DNA of 64,000 bases. Origin: the human T2T-CHM13v2.0 reference genome, Homo sapiens. The DNA is taken from assembly GCF_009914755.1 (NCBI RefSeq), contig NC_060934.1; one strand, written 5' to 3'. The position numbers and the translations under genes were made by a program. Below the pieces are notes generated by a model, which was not told the origin of the DNA, ran no database searches, and was given only the letters and a program-made list of their open reading frames with translations. Positions 1-15,987 of the stretch are shown in pieces; within the stretch, counting starts at the first letter, position 1; each line of letters begins with the position of its first letter.

Positions 1-712
1 ATACCATCTCACACCAGTTAGAATGTCGACCATTAAAAAGTCAGGAAGCAAGAGTTGCTGGAGAGAATGTGGAGAGATAGGAAAGCTTTTACACTGTTGG
101 TGGGAGTGTAAATTAGTTCAACCATTGTAGAAGACAGTGTGGTGATTCCTCAATGATCTAGAACTAGAAATACCATCTGACCCAGCAATCCCATTACTGG
201 GTATATACCCAAAGGATTATAAATCAAGCTACTATAAAGACACATGCACCTGTATGTTTATCCCAGCACTGTTCACAATAGCAAAGACTTGGAACCACCC
301 CAAATGTCCATCAGTAATAGACTGTATAAAGAAAATGTGGCACATATACACCGTGGAATACTCTGCAGCCATATAAGAGGATGAGTTCATGTCCTTTGCG
401 GGGACATAGATGAAGCTGGAAACCATCATTCTCTGCAAACTATCACAAGGACAGAAAACCAAACACCGCATATTCTCATGCATAAGTTGGAGTTGAACAA
501 TGAGAACACACGGACACAGGGAGGGGAACATCACACACCGGGACCTGTTGGGGGGTGGGGAGTGGGGGAGGGATAGCATTAGGAGAAATAACTAATAATG
601 TAAATGACAAGTTGATGGGTGCAGCAAACCAACATGGCACATGTATACCTATGTAACAAACCTGCACGTTGTGCACATGTACCCTAGAACTTAAAGTATA
701 ATAATAAAAAAA
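1..712 (+). mobile_element. L1PA (primate LINE-1) 3' end: ORF2 C-terminus, 3'UTR and poly(A); continues beyond window start
   Basis: Near-identical to 7673-8385; L1 3'UTR with G-rich tract and terminal ...TACCCTAGAACTTAAAGTATAATAATAAAAAAA. 3'UTR variants suggest an older L1PA (about PA6-8). Confidence 0.95.
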
Positions 713-979
713 GGAAATCATGGTTTATTCACTTAGATTGGTCATTATGTATTAAAGCTGAAGAAATTTATATAAAATATACCCTGGAGCTGGTGAGAGT
801 GTAGTTGGAGAGGTGGTGAGGACAGATGGGTACACAGATGATTGAGAGAGAAGGGGCCAGGGGATACAACAGAGAGGGCGAGAAAGAGAGAGGAAAAAAA
901 GCAGAAAGGAAGAAAGAAAATGGGCAAATCACTAAAAACCTGAGCTTAAGGAGAAGAATCATGTTATACTCTGAGCCCA

Positions 980-1041
980 CAGACACACACACACACACAT
1001 ACACACACACACAAATACACACACACACACGCACAAACACA
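980..1041. repeat. Interrupted (CA)n microsatellite
   Basis: cacacacacacacatacacacacacacaaatacacacacacacac seen directly. Confidence 0.95.
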
Positions 1042-1293
1042 AAAGATGCTCTCATGTCTGAGAGGTTTCAACTGTCGATGGAAGGCTTCCTCACTCATGC
1101 AGTTTGGGTGACTAGTGGTTCTTCCCCACCATTTCCTGGAAGCCAGACTTCACAAATAAGGCTAAGATCAAAGGAACTCAAGCTTTCACCCTTTATACTT
1201 TAGTGGCTTAGAAATGAGTACGCTTTCACCTATCATGTACCTCTCCCTGTCATCAGTCGCTTTCTTTCAGGAATGATGGCACTCTACTTCCTT

Positions 1294-1450
1294 CTAGAAT
1301 ATAAGCTCCTTAGGAGCAGGGTCATGTCATTTGCAACTCTGCATCCATACTGGTGCTAGCACATAGCAGGCTCTCCATTGACTTATTTAGTAATTTATTC
1401 TACAAAAGTTGAACATGCCTACAATGTGCCTGGCCTTCTTCTAAGCCCCG
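1294..1450. mobile_element. L2 3'-end fragments
   Basis: tagaatataagctcc...gtgctagcacatagcaggctctc resembles the L2 3' terminus, followed by an opposite-orientation piece. Confidence 0.5.
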
Positions 1451-1607
1451 GGTGCAGGACTGTGAGCAGTCACCGCCCTCATGCAGTGCATGACCAGTGG
1501 AAGCATGTGTCAGGTTGGTGCTACCTGTTTCCTCCCTCCCTGACACAGAATCCAACTGGGCTTAAGGACATAATTACAACACTTCAAAAATAGATTTAAG
1601 AAACTGT

Positions 1608-2325
1608 CCACTACATACTCACTAGGATGGCTATAAGAAAAAAAGATAGATGATAACAAGCGGGGAATATGTGGAAAAATTGGAACCCCCATACATCGCT
1701 GGTGGGAATGTCCAGTGGTACAGCCATTTTGGAAAATAGCAATTTTTCAAAAGGTTAAAGATAGAATTACCAATGGCACAGCAATTCTACTCCTAGATGT
1801 ATACCCAAGGAAAATGAAAACATATGTTCACAGAAAAACTTATACATGAATGTTCATAGCAGAATTAGTCCTAATAGCCAAAAATGAAAACAACCAAAAT
1901 CTCCATTCATAGGTGAATGGATAAATAAAATGTGGTATACCTGTACAATGGAATATTACACAACCACAAAAATGAATGAAGTAGTGATACATGCTACAAT
2001 ATGAATAAACTGTAAAAATATTATGCTAATGAAAAGAAGTTAGTCACACAGGACCACATATTGTATAATTTCATTTATATGAAACTCCCAGAATAGGCAA
2101 AGCAATTGAAACAGAAAGGAAATTAGTGATCGCCTAAGCCTTGGGATAAGTTGGGGAAATAGGGGGTGGTGATAGCTAAGGAGAATGGGACTTCTTTCTA
2201 GGGTAATGAAAATGTTCTAAAATTGATTATGGTGATGATGATTACACAAGTCTGTAAATATACTAAAAAACATTTAATTGTATGAATTATATTATCTGCA
2301 AATATATCTCAATAAAGCTGTTTTA
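1608..2325 (+). mobile_element. Old L1M (L1MB-like) 3' end
   Basis: ORF2-tail motifs (ctaggatggcta, gctggtgggaatgt, gcaattctactcctag, tacaatggaatatt) ending in tatatctcaataaagctgtttt. Confidence 0.85.
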
Positions 2326-5300
2326 ATAATAGAAAAACTTGTTCAATGAATAAAATATTAGTCTTTGGTTTGAAGGTTGGGTGTTTGGAGTTAGCAGGAA
2401 ACCTTCTACATGAAGTTTGACAATGATTTTGAGAATCTAAAGCTCCTTTCAACACAACTCAATGGTGTTAGCAAGAGAGTAATTCAATTCATCATAGATT
2501 TTTAACGTTTTTAAAAAACTGATAATTGGCATCCCATGACAATAAACTGTCTTTTTTTTTTAATGGCAGAGGCATTAGAAAAAGTCACCAGCTCTTTTTT
2601 CAGTAGAAATACAATATCCAAAGTTGCACAGCTGGAGTACATCAATAGACTGAACGTTTTTGCTTCCCTGACAACTGTTAGCAACAATGAGTCAGACAGG
2701 AAACAGCTAGCCCTGTCTTTCTGTCCAGCTGGAATACACTCATTAAATAATAGATGACAACAGAAGTAATGTTAGCAATATTTCAGTATAAACCTTAAAG
2801 TAAAATAGTAATTTAAAAATCTGTAGTGGATAATGCAATATGTATATTACAGAATAGTGTGTTGGGAGCATATTTGTTTCTACAACAAAAATGCCAATGA
2901 AAACATGGGTTTTATCATTTGCAGCATTCTAAAGTTAGTCCATTAGCTGAGTTATGACACTGAAGGTTAGACTAGCTCGGAAGGGAATTGGCCATTTATT
3001 TGTGTCCCGACCACAGGCAATCTGCCCTTCCTAGATGATGGGAGAGGAAGAAGCTGTGGCCTGTGGCCTCAAGGGGTCTCATTTCAGTGCCTGGTGTGGC
3101 TGCAGCTTTTCAGCCTGCTGGGAGGGATGGTGTTTCATACCCAGGGGCAGGTCAGCCTGAGGAACGCTGTGTGCCCTCACCACATACACTATCCCATTGC
3201 AGGAAACCCTTGTAATGTTTACTTTATAGTTTTGTTGATATGATCTCAACACCATTTCCATGTTTTATTCTGACAGGGCCTTGCCCTGGGTTCAGTGTCT
3301 GTGTCTGTTGATTTAGACACTTCCATGGTATGCAGAGATCACAAAACTCTCTTTTCTAAAACTAAGGCTGGCTACAACACTAGGTAAACTGGTTCAAATG
3401 GCACTCTTTGTTTACATTCAAAATGGGCTTTTGAATGTCAACAAAGAAGTCCTCTCGGGTGGCAATGCTGCACATTTGGCATTATTTCTTTATTTTCTAC
3501 TATTAGTTCTAAGGAATAAAATCTTGTCCTTGCCACAATCCCATGCAAATAATAGCAGAGAGCCTTATTAGTAATGGAAAGTCAGGATTGATACACCTGG
3601 TTGAGATACATTTTGACACAGATCAAAGTCCTCCCTGAGCACTCAGTCAGCTGTATGCTCAAGGGCAAGGCTTTCATCCTCTCTGTTCCTATAAAATGAA
3701 GGGATTAAATTACATGCTTTCTAAGGTCCTTGCTGCCTCTAAGGTATTTTTCCTTTAACTCAGCTAGAAATGGCCTCTGTAGAACCCAATCAACTCTGTT
3801 TCTCATTAATATGCAAAATTATTATTATGTGAGAAATTGGCTCTTGGTTACTCATTCAAGAGAAATAATCAGAATTCATAGCAAATGGCACTTATCTTAT
3901 TGCATTTAGGATTTTGGCTTTAATTTGAGACTCCCTTCCCGAAATGCAAAATGAAAGAATTTAAAACAAGCAACAGCTAAAAGATTCCTGGCCAAGAAAT
4001 TGCTTCGGCAGCATCTTGATTTCTCAACTCATTTTTTTAGACCTTTCTCTGCAGTTGTGTTCTGGCAAATCTGATGGAATCAATATGTCCTTTATGGCCA
4101 AACTGTTTTCTGGCTTCATCTAATCATCTGTTTTAGAAAAAGCCATTAAGTCGGTAAAAAGAAGTTGGGGAAAGTTTTACTGCAGAGAATGAGGTGTTTT
4201 TTTTTTTTCCAATACAAAACACTGACCCAAGAGGAAAAGTGCGCATGTAGGAGTTTCAGAAATCAAAGTCAAGATCAGTCTTAACCATGAGCAGAGTTAA
4301 CTGTGGCCCTGTCATGTGTTGGTCTAGTGAAGACTACGACAATAAACTTTTTTCCTCCCTGACTTTCACTCAAAACCTCAGAATACAATAGGAAATATCT
4401 CCTTTAGATCAGCAAACATCCCATTTTAAAATATACATTTTCTGGTGAGGTGTCAGAGAGGAAGATGAGCACGCAGGTGAGGAGTTCAGGGCACTGCCGG
4501 GAGTGGTGAGATTGCAGTGCTGGGCTTTTGGAAAAATCCCCCAAGAACATCAAACAGCAAAAAAGAAAACATCTCCTGAGACAAATCTCCTCACATTTTG
4601 GGTTTCATTTCTTCCTCAATAATCTTGATATTTGTTTTTCATTCCAAACCATCTCATATACTTGTAGGAGAAAGGCAAAGTATGAAATTGAACTATTAAC
4701 TAGGGCTGGGTGCTGGCTGAAGCAAAAAGATGGCTGCTCTTTCTTAAAGTTGAAAGGAAAAGCCTTTGCCCTTTCTTATTTGAAAAGATTCTGTAGTTGT
4801 AAAAGCCTTTTGAGGCCCAAACTTTGAAGAGACAAATTCTGTGTTTTGTTTTGTTTTGTTTTCCTAGCAGATGTGCCTCTAAACAAACCAAAACAACAAC
4901 CCCTCTTCTTGAGTGGTGGTACCATCTTTCCAGATTCTGCCTTTAAAAAACTTAGACGATAAGCAGAGTAGTAGGAGGCTCAGTCCTTTGATTGTGCTGT
5001 ATTACAGGCACACCACACAGCTCGGGGCTGTTCTGGGCACAGAGAAGCTCCACTTACCCTGATTCTGCAGAGTGAGGAGGAGTGGCAGCAGCACTGGTTT
5101 TCTCCCCTTTCAGAGACGCTTCACTCGCGGAAGTCAGTGCTCAAGCACGCTAACCAGACAGACAGAAAACCTTGGCTGGGTTGTATCCAGCCACTGTAAC
5201 CCAGGCCCAACCCCTGCAACGTCATCGTTCGCCTCAGCAAGGGGCAGCTTTGGTTCGGAGGAGAGTCAGTAACAGAAACTACAGAAATGGAGCCGATCGA

Positions 5301-6140
5301 CAGCCAGGCCCTTGAGGGATGCTGAGCTGAAGCTACCTAGGATGCTGTAGGCTTCTAGTATGAGACCCTCAGATCTATCGCTGGTACAGAGCCCGTGCGT
5401 GAAGACATAATTTGTGTTCTCATCAACTCACCATCTCCATGAAGCCTCCCCAGACCCCTGAAACCCACGTCGATCTCATCATGACTGCCTCCCTTCAACT
5501 TTCAGCGCTTTCAGTGTTCATCTCGCCTACTGATGCCAGTTGTTTAGTGTGGCTCACTCAAGGACTTTGAGGGAAAACATCCTGAGCTAGTTTGGGGCCT
5601 CGTAGGAAAGAGTCCCATGACGCCATGGCTGAGTAGGGATGTCCACCATGAGCGGACAGGAAGCAGAGCAGTGATATTCCAGCCACATTTCCTGGCAGTG
5701 TGCCGATGACATTCTCACTTACCTTAGTTCCCAGTGGGGAGATGAAGTCCTTCAGCTCTAAGGCCATGTATTCTGCCTCTCTTGTACTCTCCCCCAGCGC
5801 CCAGCACAGTGCTAGAAACATTTATTTACTTGTTTTGAATTGTCATTGCAAACTTTCAGCAATTCTAGAATCACTGGCACAGAGTCTGCACGACCATTCT
5901 ATTGGTTTGCTACGCAATCTCAGTAATCATCTCAGAACCTTTCAAATCACATATCCTTTCTCTCTCTCGCTCTCTCTCACTCTTTCTCTCACTGCATTAG
6001 TACAGATGATTGGGGTGATAAAATGCCACACATTAGAGAACATTGACATATGGTATATAATCAAGTGCCTAATTACGTGGCACACATTGCAGGAATTCAG
6101 GGATAACGAACATCGGTATGTAGGCATACCCAGTTTGTGA

Positions 6141-8389
<2,249 letters not shown>

Positions 8390-8549
8390 AGAAGCAATGG
8401 CCAGCAAAACTGGCACATGGGACTGTTTCATACCTGATCCTGTGACATTTACAGGCTCTTCCACTCCCAGTTGTGTGGACATATATGGGTACCCAGAGCA
8501 GGGAGCAGGCTACTGCCACCCTGAACCACCGAATGGGGACCTCAGTGCC

Positions 8550-8845
8550 CAGTTTCCAGCAAACCATCTTCCACACAATAGGCAATCACCTTTTCAAGTT
8601 TTTTCACCATAGGTTAGTTCTGCGTATTCTACGAGTTCATATAATTGGAATCATATAGTATGCACTCTCTTGTGTATGGCTTGTTTCACTCAGAATATTG
8701 CATTTAAGATTCATCCATACTGTTGCATGCTATAGATGTTTGCTCTAGTATTGCTGAGTAGTATTCCATCACATGGATGTACCACAATTCACAATGTACC
8801 ACTGCTATTCGTGAACATCTGGACTATTCCCAGCTTGGGGGCCTA
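8550..8845 (-). mobile_element. Old L1ME-like 3' fragment
   Basis: ggaatcatatagtatgcactc...aagattcatccat...gagtagtattccat reverse L1M 3' motifs. Confidence 0.7.
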
Positions 8846-9115
8846 CTCCCTTCTTGCCTCTCATTTTGCCTTCTGCCTGCTTATATGGGCCGTCCTCCCG
8901 TATTGAAGAGACTGGTCCATGGAGACAAACTGACAAGGGTTGGAGCTACTTGCAGAGTGACATTAACAAGTTGTTAGGCTTCTCTGACTCTCCATTTGCT
9001 CTTCTGGGGACAATAGTGATAACACCTAGTAATACCTTAGAGTGGGAAGGAACTCAAAGAACCAGAACCTGGAACATCGCAGTATTTAATAATAACAGCT
9101 TTATTTTTATGACTA

Positions 9116-9570
9116 TTATATTAGTTTCCTATGGCTGCTATAAGCAAGAACCACAAACTTGATAGCTTAAAATAACAGCAATGTATTCTCTCACAGTTCT
9201 GGGGTCTAAAAACCCAAAATCAAGGTGTAGGCAGACTCACACTGTCTTTATAGGCTCTAGAGGAAAATTTGTTCCATGTGTTTCTCTGAGCTTCTGGTGT
9301 TGACAGTAAACCCTGCGGTTATTTGGCTTGCAGGCACATCATTCCAGTCTCCACCTCCATCTTCACATGCATCCTTCCAATGTTTTTTGTCTCTGTGTCT
9401 CTTCTCTTTGTGTCATAATGACACCAGTCATACTGGAATACAGGTCCACCCTACTCCAGTATGACCACATTGTACCTAATTACATCTACAATTACCCTAT
9501 TTCCAAATAAAATTCACATTCTAATATTCCAGGAAAAGCATGAATTTGAGAACATTATCCAACCCGGTAC
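9116..9570 (-). mobile_element. MLT1 (MLT1B/C-like) ERVL-MaLR solo LTR
   Basis: tattagtttcctatggctgct...cacaaactt...tctcacagttctgg...atcaaggtg...ccctatttccaaataa...caaccc, the reverse of the MLT1 LTR. Confidence 0.85.
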
Positions 9571-10445
9571 AACTACTCCCCAACTAAATTGTAAAATAAT
9601 TTACTTAAAGGATTGTGTTTTATATCATATTCCTGTGCGTCCCTCAGTGGTCAATAAATGTTTAAGTGAAGCAGAAATGGATAATGATGATGGATTTAAG
9701 CTCTACTTTGAGGATTGGTAAGAAGAAAAGATCAAACAGCAGAATAAAGCATAGAATTTTAGCCTCAGTTTCTGTAGATTTCATTGTATATTTTTTGGGA
9801 AGTTTTGGAGTCAAGAAACTAATATACTTCCACAAGAAGTTAGCATTTTCATGTAGCTAATCAGAGATTCATGTTGTTCCACCTAGGAGACTTAATAAAA
9901 AAATAAAGTTAGAAAAAGATTGAAAGTGATTTTCAGATTTTATTTCAGCTATAGTAAGACATTTCTTTAACATTTGTTCTCAGATAAAACAGTGCTCTGA
10001 CATTCTCCTAGACCTGGTGAATTCCCTCTAGGAGCAGAGGTTGCTGAAGTATATAAACACTGCACCACAAAATCATTCCCTTCCCAGTTCTTCAGGTAAG
10101 AACGGAAAAAAAAATAAAGTTCAAATTCCCTGTTACACAAGGGTAGATATTAATAGGGACCACATATATCCTGATTTATTTTGTACCTTCTCTGTTGTTT
10201 ACGTAACTTTGCCCTGATGGCCAAATGCCATAGGAGTAGGGTATGCCAAGTGTTAGAATCACAATTAGATATAAATTAGACAAAGTTTCAGTCTTATTAT
10301 CAATAATATCCAATTATAGACATATAAAGGATATATGAAGCCTACCTGGTTCTTCTTATGGTCTTCAATCACTTTCTAGAATAAAAAGATATAAAACCTC
10401 CCCAGTAGTGTTATATCTCAAAGATTATGAAACATTTCTAGTAGC

Positions 10446-10470
10446 AAAAAAAAAAAAAAAAAAAAAAAAA
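10446..10470. repeat. Poly(A) tract (about 25 nt)
   Basis: Seen directly; no attached retroelement body recognised. Confidence 0.9.
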
Positions 10471-11144
10471 TACCCCACAAAATGACCATTTTCTCATTGG
10501 TAGTCTTCTATGTTGTTCTGCAACCTGGTTATAGGAATATACATTTTTCCTAAAGGACTCAATAAAAATGCTTTTATTTTGAAAGTAAGCAAAATAAACC
10601 TAAAAGCATTTATATTTTTCTGAACTCACAACAGTTCTAAAGTAGTTTCTCTTCACCCCACTAAAATAATTGCTTGAAAGTTTGCCTAACTATCCAAACC
10701 AATTCCCACACGTCATAAGAGAAAAAAAACAGCAAAGCCAACTATATAGTTAAGCAAAAAAGGCCACCTGCTTACATAGTGAAGGTATGGAGCAAAAAAA
10801 CAAAGGAGCTCCTCGCATGTCAAATATGATCCATGCATGCTCTTCCACTTTTACTAAATTTTGTCAATTATAATCTAGTTTGATTTAAGCCTCAAAGAGT
10901 TAGATTAAAATTCAAACTCTTGCTGAGAGAGATAACAAATAAATAAATAAATAAATACCTAGACATTTACATGTCTAGGTAAATTTATAATATCAGATGA
11001 TGCCTTGGTAAGGACCTGAGAGAATGAGACCTTGTGCAAATACATTTTTACAAGTAGGAGAACTACATTTGCAATACTCCTTATGGTTCACAGAGTATCT
11101 CCTTATTTTTTTCGTAATATCTTTATAAGAATCCAATAGAGAGG

Positions 11145-11390
11145 TTTTTTAAAAATTGATGTTAAATTCACATAACATAAAATTAAGGACTTAAAAGTGT
11201 ACATATCAGTGGCATTTAGTACATTCACAATGTAGTGAAATTACTTCCTCTATCTAGTTCCAAAACATTTTCATCATTCCAAAATAAAACCTCATACCCA
11301 TAAAGCCGGTGCTCCCCATTTCCGCCTCCCCTCAGCCCTAGGCAACCAGCAATCTGCTAACTTTATGGATTTACCTCTTTCTGCTGTGTC
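11145..11390 (-). mobile_element. L1MB-like 3' end
   Basis: aaattcacataacataaaatt...agtggcatttagtacattcacaatg...ctctatctagttccaaaacattttcatca. Confidence 0.85.
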
Positions 11391-12689
11391 ACATCTATAG
11401 CCATTACATTATGCATGACACAAAACATTAAGAAAATATTCTCTCAATGTTCGAATATTATTCTCTCATTCAACAAAGAAGTCACTCATGTCATTGACAG
11501 ATGGAATAAGTAAAGTTCCAATACATGACATTATATTTAGTTTAATGAATTTGTATGCATATGAGAAATAGGCTAACAGTGGGCCGAATATAATACTTAA
11601 TGACAATAAATTTATTGTGAAAAGAATTAAAGCATTGGATGCAACTTCATTTGTCAAATCATTGTTGAATTACAACATTTGGCTAAGGATACAAGAATTA
11701 GACAAAAATCAACAAAAAATTCTGGCAGAATCAGTTAGCTATGTGGAATTCACAATGAAGAGTATTTTTATGATAGTTTTTAAATGTGGCTACAAATTCT
11801 GAACAATAAAATTGTAATAATTTGTGTATGTATATATGAATATTTTGGGAAAACTGGTTATTAGACATTTACCAGTACAGCAATACCCTCAAGCATTAAT
11901 GACTTGAGTCTTTAAAAAGAGAAGAAGAAGAATACTGATTGCATAAGGTTAGCATGAGTTTCTCCTAGTGCAATTTCTGGCAAAGAGTAAGAGCGGTAAG
12001 GGTTAGCTATTGTTATTTACAGACAACCAAACTGAAGTTCATTGGAGTTAAGTAATCAGCCAAAGGTAGTTTAGTTTGCAAAATTATACACTCTACTATA
12101 AGCTTCTTGAAGACATGGACTTCATCTCATTCAACTGGAAGACATTCCCAGCACCTTGAGAAAAATTCACGTATTTGATACTCCAATGTGCTACAGAAAA
12201 TTATTTTGAGGATTCTAATCCAGAAGAAAGAGCACTAGATTGATTGTTGGGAAGACTGGGCTTGGGTGTCACCGTTGCCACTAATTCAAGAGAGAATTTT
12301 CACAAACCATTTATTGATCATCTCAAACCCTTCACATTTGTGTTCAACTTTGATCACCCTAAAATTTGTACTAACACATTTATACTGTTATAGCAGTATC
12401 AGTCAGACTCAACCGCAAGCTTAGCAGGTCATGTAATGCTATTTAATATCGAGTATAACATATTGAAAGTCAAGGATAAGAGTTACAGGGTTAAGTTTAC
12501 GCCAGTAAAAAATTAAGTATTTGGTACAACAAGCAAGAACTTTGCAATGTGACTGTGTAAGAGAGGGTGGTCAGGGCAGAACTGGTTCTACTCTAATAAC
12601 AACAGCACTACAAGAGTATTTAAATATCACAATAAAGTTGGATGCTTTTTGTGTCAGTGTGAGGCTACACTGTATTATAATTATTGCAA

Positions 12690-12860
12690 TTAAAATATTA
12701 TACATACTTATACAAATAAAACAATTACAATTATAATTATTATTCTAAGTAATTATATGTAATATATTTGATTGTATGTGTGATATATTTAATTATATAA
12801 TAAATATAAATTATATAATAAATATATTATAAACTATATAAGTAAAATTATTATTGATTT
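12690..12860. repeat. AT-rich low-complexity tract
   Basis: Almost exclusively A/T with tata/taat runs. Confidence 0.8.
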
Positions 12861-13913
12861 CTGTGCTACTTGATCTCAATAAAACTTCTGGCATAAATGC
12901 CAATATTGAAAACTGTGCTGTGAACACACAGAAGTGAGGACACCTATGCCAGTCCATGTTCTTCTAGTGTGCTTTTTACTCTGGAAGCAGTTTTGATGTC
13001 TTCCTATCCAGCTCTTTCTTCTATGGGTAGGTTTGGTTCATCCTGGTATTCACAAGGAAGGTTATATCTTCCAGCTGAGGGTTCCTACAGGATGGTAAAG
13101 GCCTAGAGGTAGCAGAGACTGATCAGTATCCCAACAGGCTTCTATCTCCACTTCCAGCCTTTTGAACCAAATGAAATTGACAATATTTGACTGCTTCTAA
13201 CCTTCATAGAATTCAACTTAAAATTTCTACTTCGTTCTCAAGGAAAATTCCGGAAACACTTGGGTTTTGCTATTTGGACTTCTTTTTATTTGCAGTGTTC
13301 TGCTTCATTTGTAACTTGAAAAAGACAGTTCCTAATATATGAATCAGGGTTTAAGGATATGTTTTCTAAATGAAAAGAATTCCTTTCTCATACTCAAGCA
13401 CTAGCTAAAATCACTCTAAACAAACATAAGATAGCTATTTGATAAATAAAGAAGGGACTGCAGTGAAAAATATCAGTAACCTCTTAATGGTAAATAATTT
13501 GAAGAAAGAGCACAAACCACCAGATAATGAATATCTGTTCAGTCATGACTAAATTTTACTTTACCTGTTAAATGTTTTAAATTATTAAATTTAACCAATA
13601 AAAATAGGCTCACACAACTCAAATAAATGCCACATGAGTTGTAGATATACATACATACATACACAAATAGCAAATGTATTTTCTAGTTTTGCCCACTGGG
13701 AGAGCCTAGAAACAGCAACATTCCAATAGTAATGAACTCATAAGTGCCCAGATCTTGGTTTCTAAATATCATTCTCCAGTACAAAGAACTAGAGATCCTT
13801 GGAGAAGTATTTAATAGTTAATTTCAGGGCTGTATCAGGGAAAACATAAAAATAAGCCTGCTTCATTTTGTGATATCAGAAAGTAAAGAAGTGCTCGAAA
13901 AAATGATGAAGAT

Positions 13914-14417
<504 letters not shown>

Positions 14418-14985
14418 TCAGAAAAATTCCAATTAATAAATGTAGAAAGTATGAAGAAATAGTATATCATCATTAGACTACCACAACAATAATAATGGCG
14501 GCTGGCTCAATCCACTGACAACTACTAAAATTCATGGGCAAAGATTTAAAAAGAAATAGAGTATTTGCATGGTCCCAATGTATCTTCTCCAAAATAAATA
14601 CTTATTAAGTGCAAGGAAAAAACAATAACTGCACAGTGGAGAAAGGGGCAAACACCACCTAACCAAGCAATCAAGGTGGGCATCACTGTTAACAAAACTT
14701 ATTGACGAAGTCATATACCCTTTTAGGATGCGATGCACTAAAAAGGGAACATTGCCTTTTTGGTATCCTTCCCAAAATGCAAAACCTCAGTCTAACCTTG
14801 AAACATATTAGACAAGCCCAGATTGAGAAATGTTCTACAAAACGTCTGACCTGAATTCTTTACAGCTGTCAAGATCATGAAAGACCAGGAAAAACTGAGA
14901 AACTGTCACAGATTGGAGAAGAGACAATTAAAAGCAATGTGGGATCCTGGACAAGTTTCTGGAACAGGAAAATAAGGACATCAGT

Positions 14986-15001
14986 AAAAAAAAAAAAAAA
15001 A

Positions 15002-15032
<31 letters not shown>
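14986..15032. repeat. A-run plus (TA)n microsatellite
   Basis: Seen directly. Confidence 0.9.
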
Positions 15033-15036
<4 letters not shown>

Positions 15037-15277
15037 CTAAATAAAGTCTAAAATTATATTAATAGGATTATATCAATGTTAATTTCTTAGTTTTCATAAT
15101 TGTTATGTGGTTATACAATATGTTAACAATAGAGAAGGCCGGGTGAAAGGCATATAAGAAATATGCTGAATTTATACATTTTCTATAAGTCTAAAATTAA
15201 GTCAAAATAGGAAAAGTGCAATTTAAAATAAAAGAAAATATAATACAGTATAACAAATTCTACAAGGATGTCCCCAT

Positions 15278-15410
15278 ATTTGCATTCTAGTCTCAGTAGT
15301 ATCATTACTTTATTCTGTGCCTTTTGGCAAATCTATTCCCTCCCCTGGGCCTCAGTTTCCTCTTTTGTAAAATAAGGGGAAGAGACAAGATAGTCTTTAA
15401 GATTCTACAA
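15278..15410 (+). mobile_element. MIR fragment
   Basis: MIR core gggcctcagtttcctcttttgtaaaat. Confidence 0.7.
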
Positions 15411-15987
15411 TTAATTCAAAGAGTCTTGTTCATTGTCTTAGAGTATGAGAATATTGCCTATGCTCTACTCACCAGGCAAATAATTTTAATTGATTCTCAT
15501 TACAAAGAAATAAATGATTATTATAGAAAATTTGGAATATTCAGGAAATCAAATCACAGCTAATATGTTAGAATATATTCTTCCAATCCTTTATTAATGT
15601 ATGCCCATATGTGTGATATGACTTTTATGAAAATAGTATCATAAAAATAGTATCATAGAATACACAATATTTTTCTTGCTTCTTAAAACTTTTCCCCAGC
15701 TTTACTGAGATATAATTGGCATATAATAAACTATACATATTTACTACATGTTTTGATGATTCTTGACATATATACACACCAGCGAAACCACAATCAGTGT
15801 AATGATTTTCATCACCCCAAAAAGTTTTCTTACATCTCTTTGTAATCCTTTTCTACACCCCTCAATGTCTCTTTTTCCTCTCCACTTTTTTCTTAAGCAA
15901 CCACTGATCTGCTTTCGATTCATCTGCATTTTCCAAAATTTTACATAAATGGAATTATAAATTATCTACTTGTTTTGTTTGGCTTTC

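Noticed and set aside
549-572. G-quadruplex-like G-runs (also about 8222-8246)
   Set aside because: Standard L1 3'UTR G-rich tract; known and not locus-specific.
826-1203. 125-aa ORF and its antisense partners
   Set aside because: Open only because of purine-rich and (CA)n low-complexity sequence.
11400-12670. Possible decayed hAT DNA transposon pieces (11400-11830, 12420-12670)
   Set aside because: Composition is suggestive, but I found no TIRs, TSD or transposase motif; needs a Dfam search.
15630-15657. Short tandem duplications (aaaatagtatcata x2; similar at about 37334, 54284, 58667)
   Set aside because: Ordinary slippage micro-duplications.
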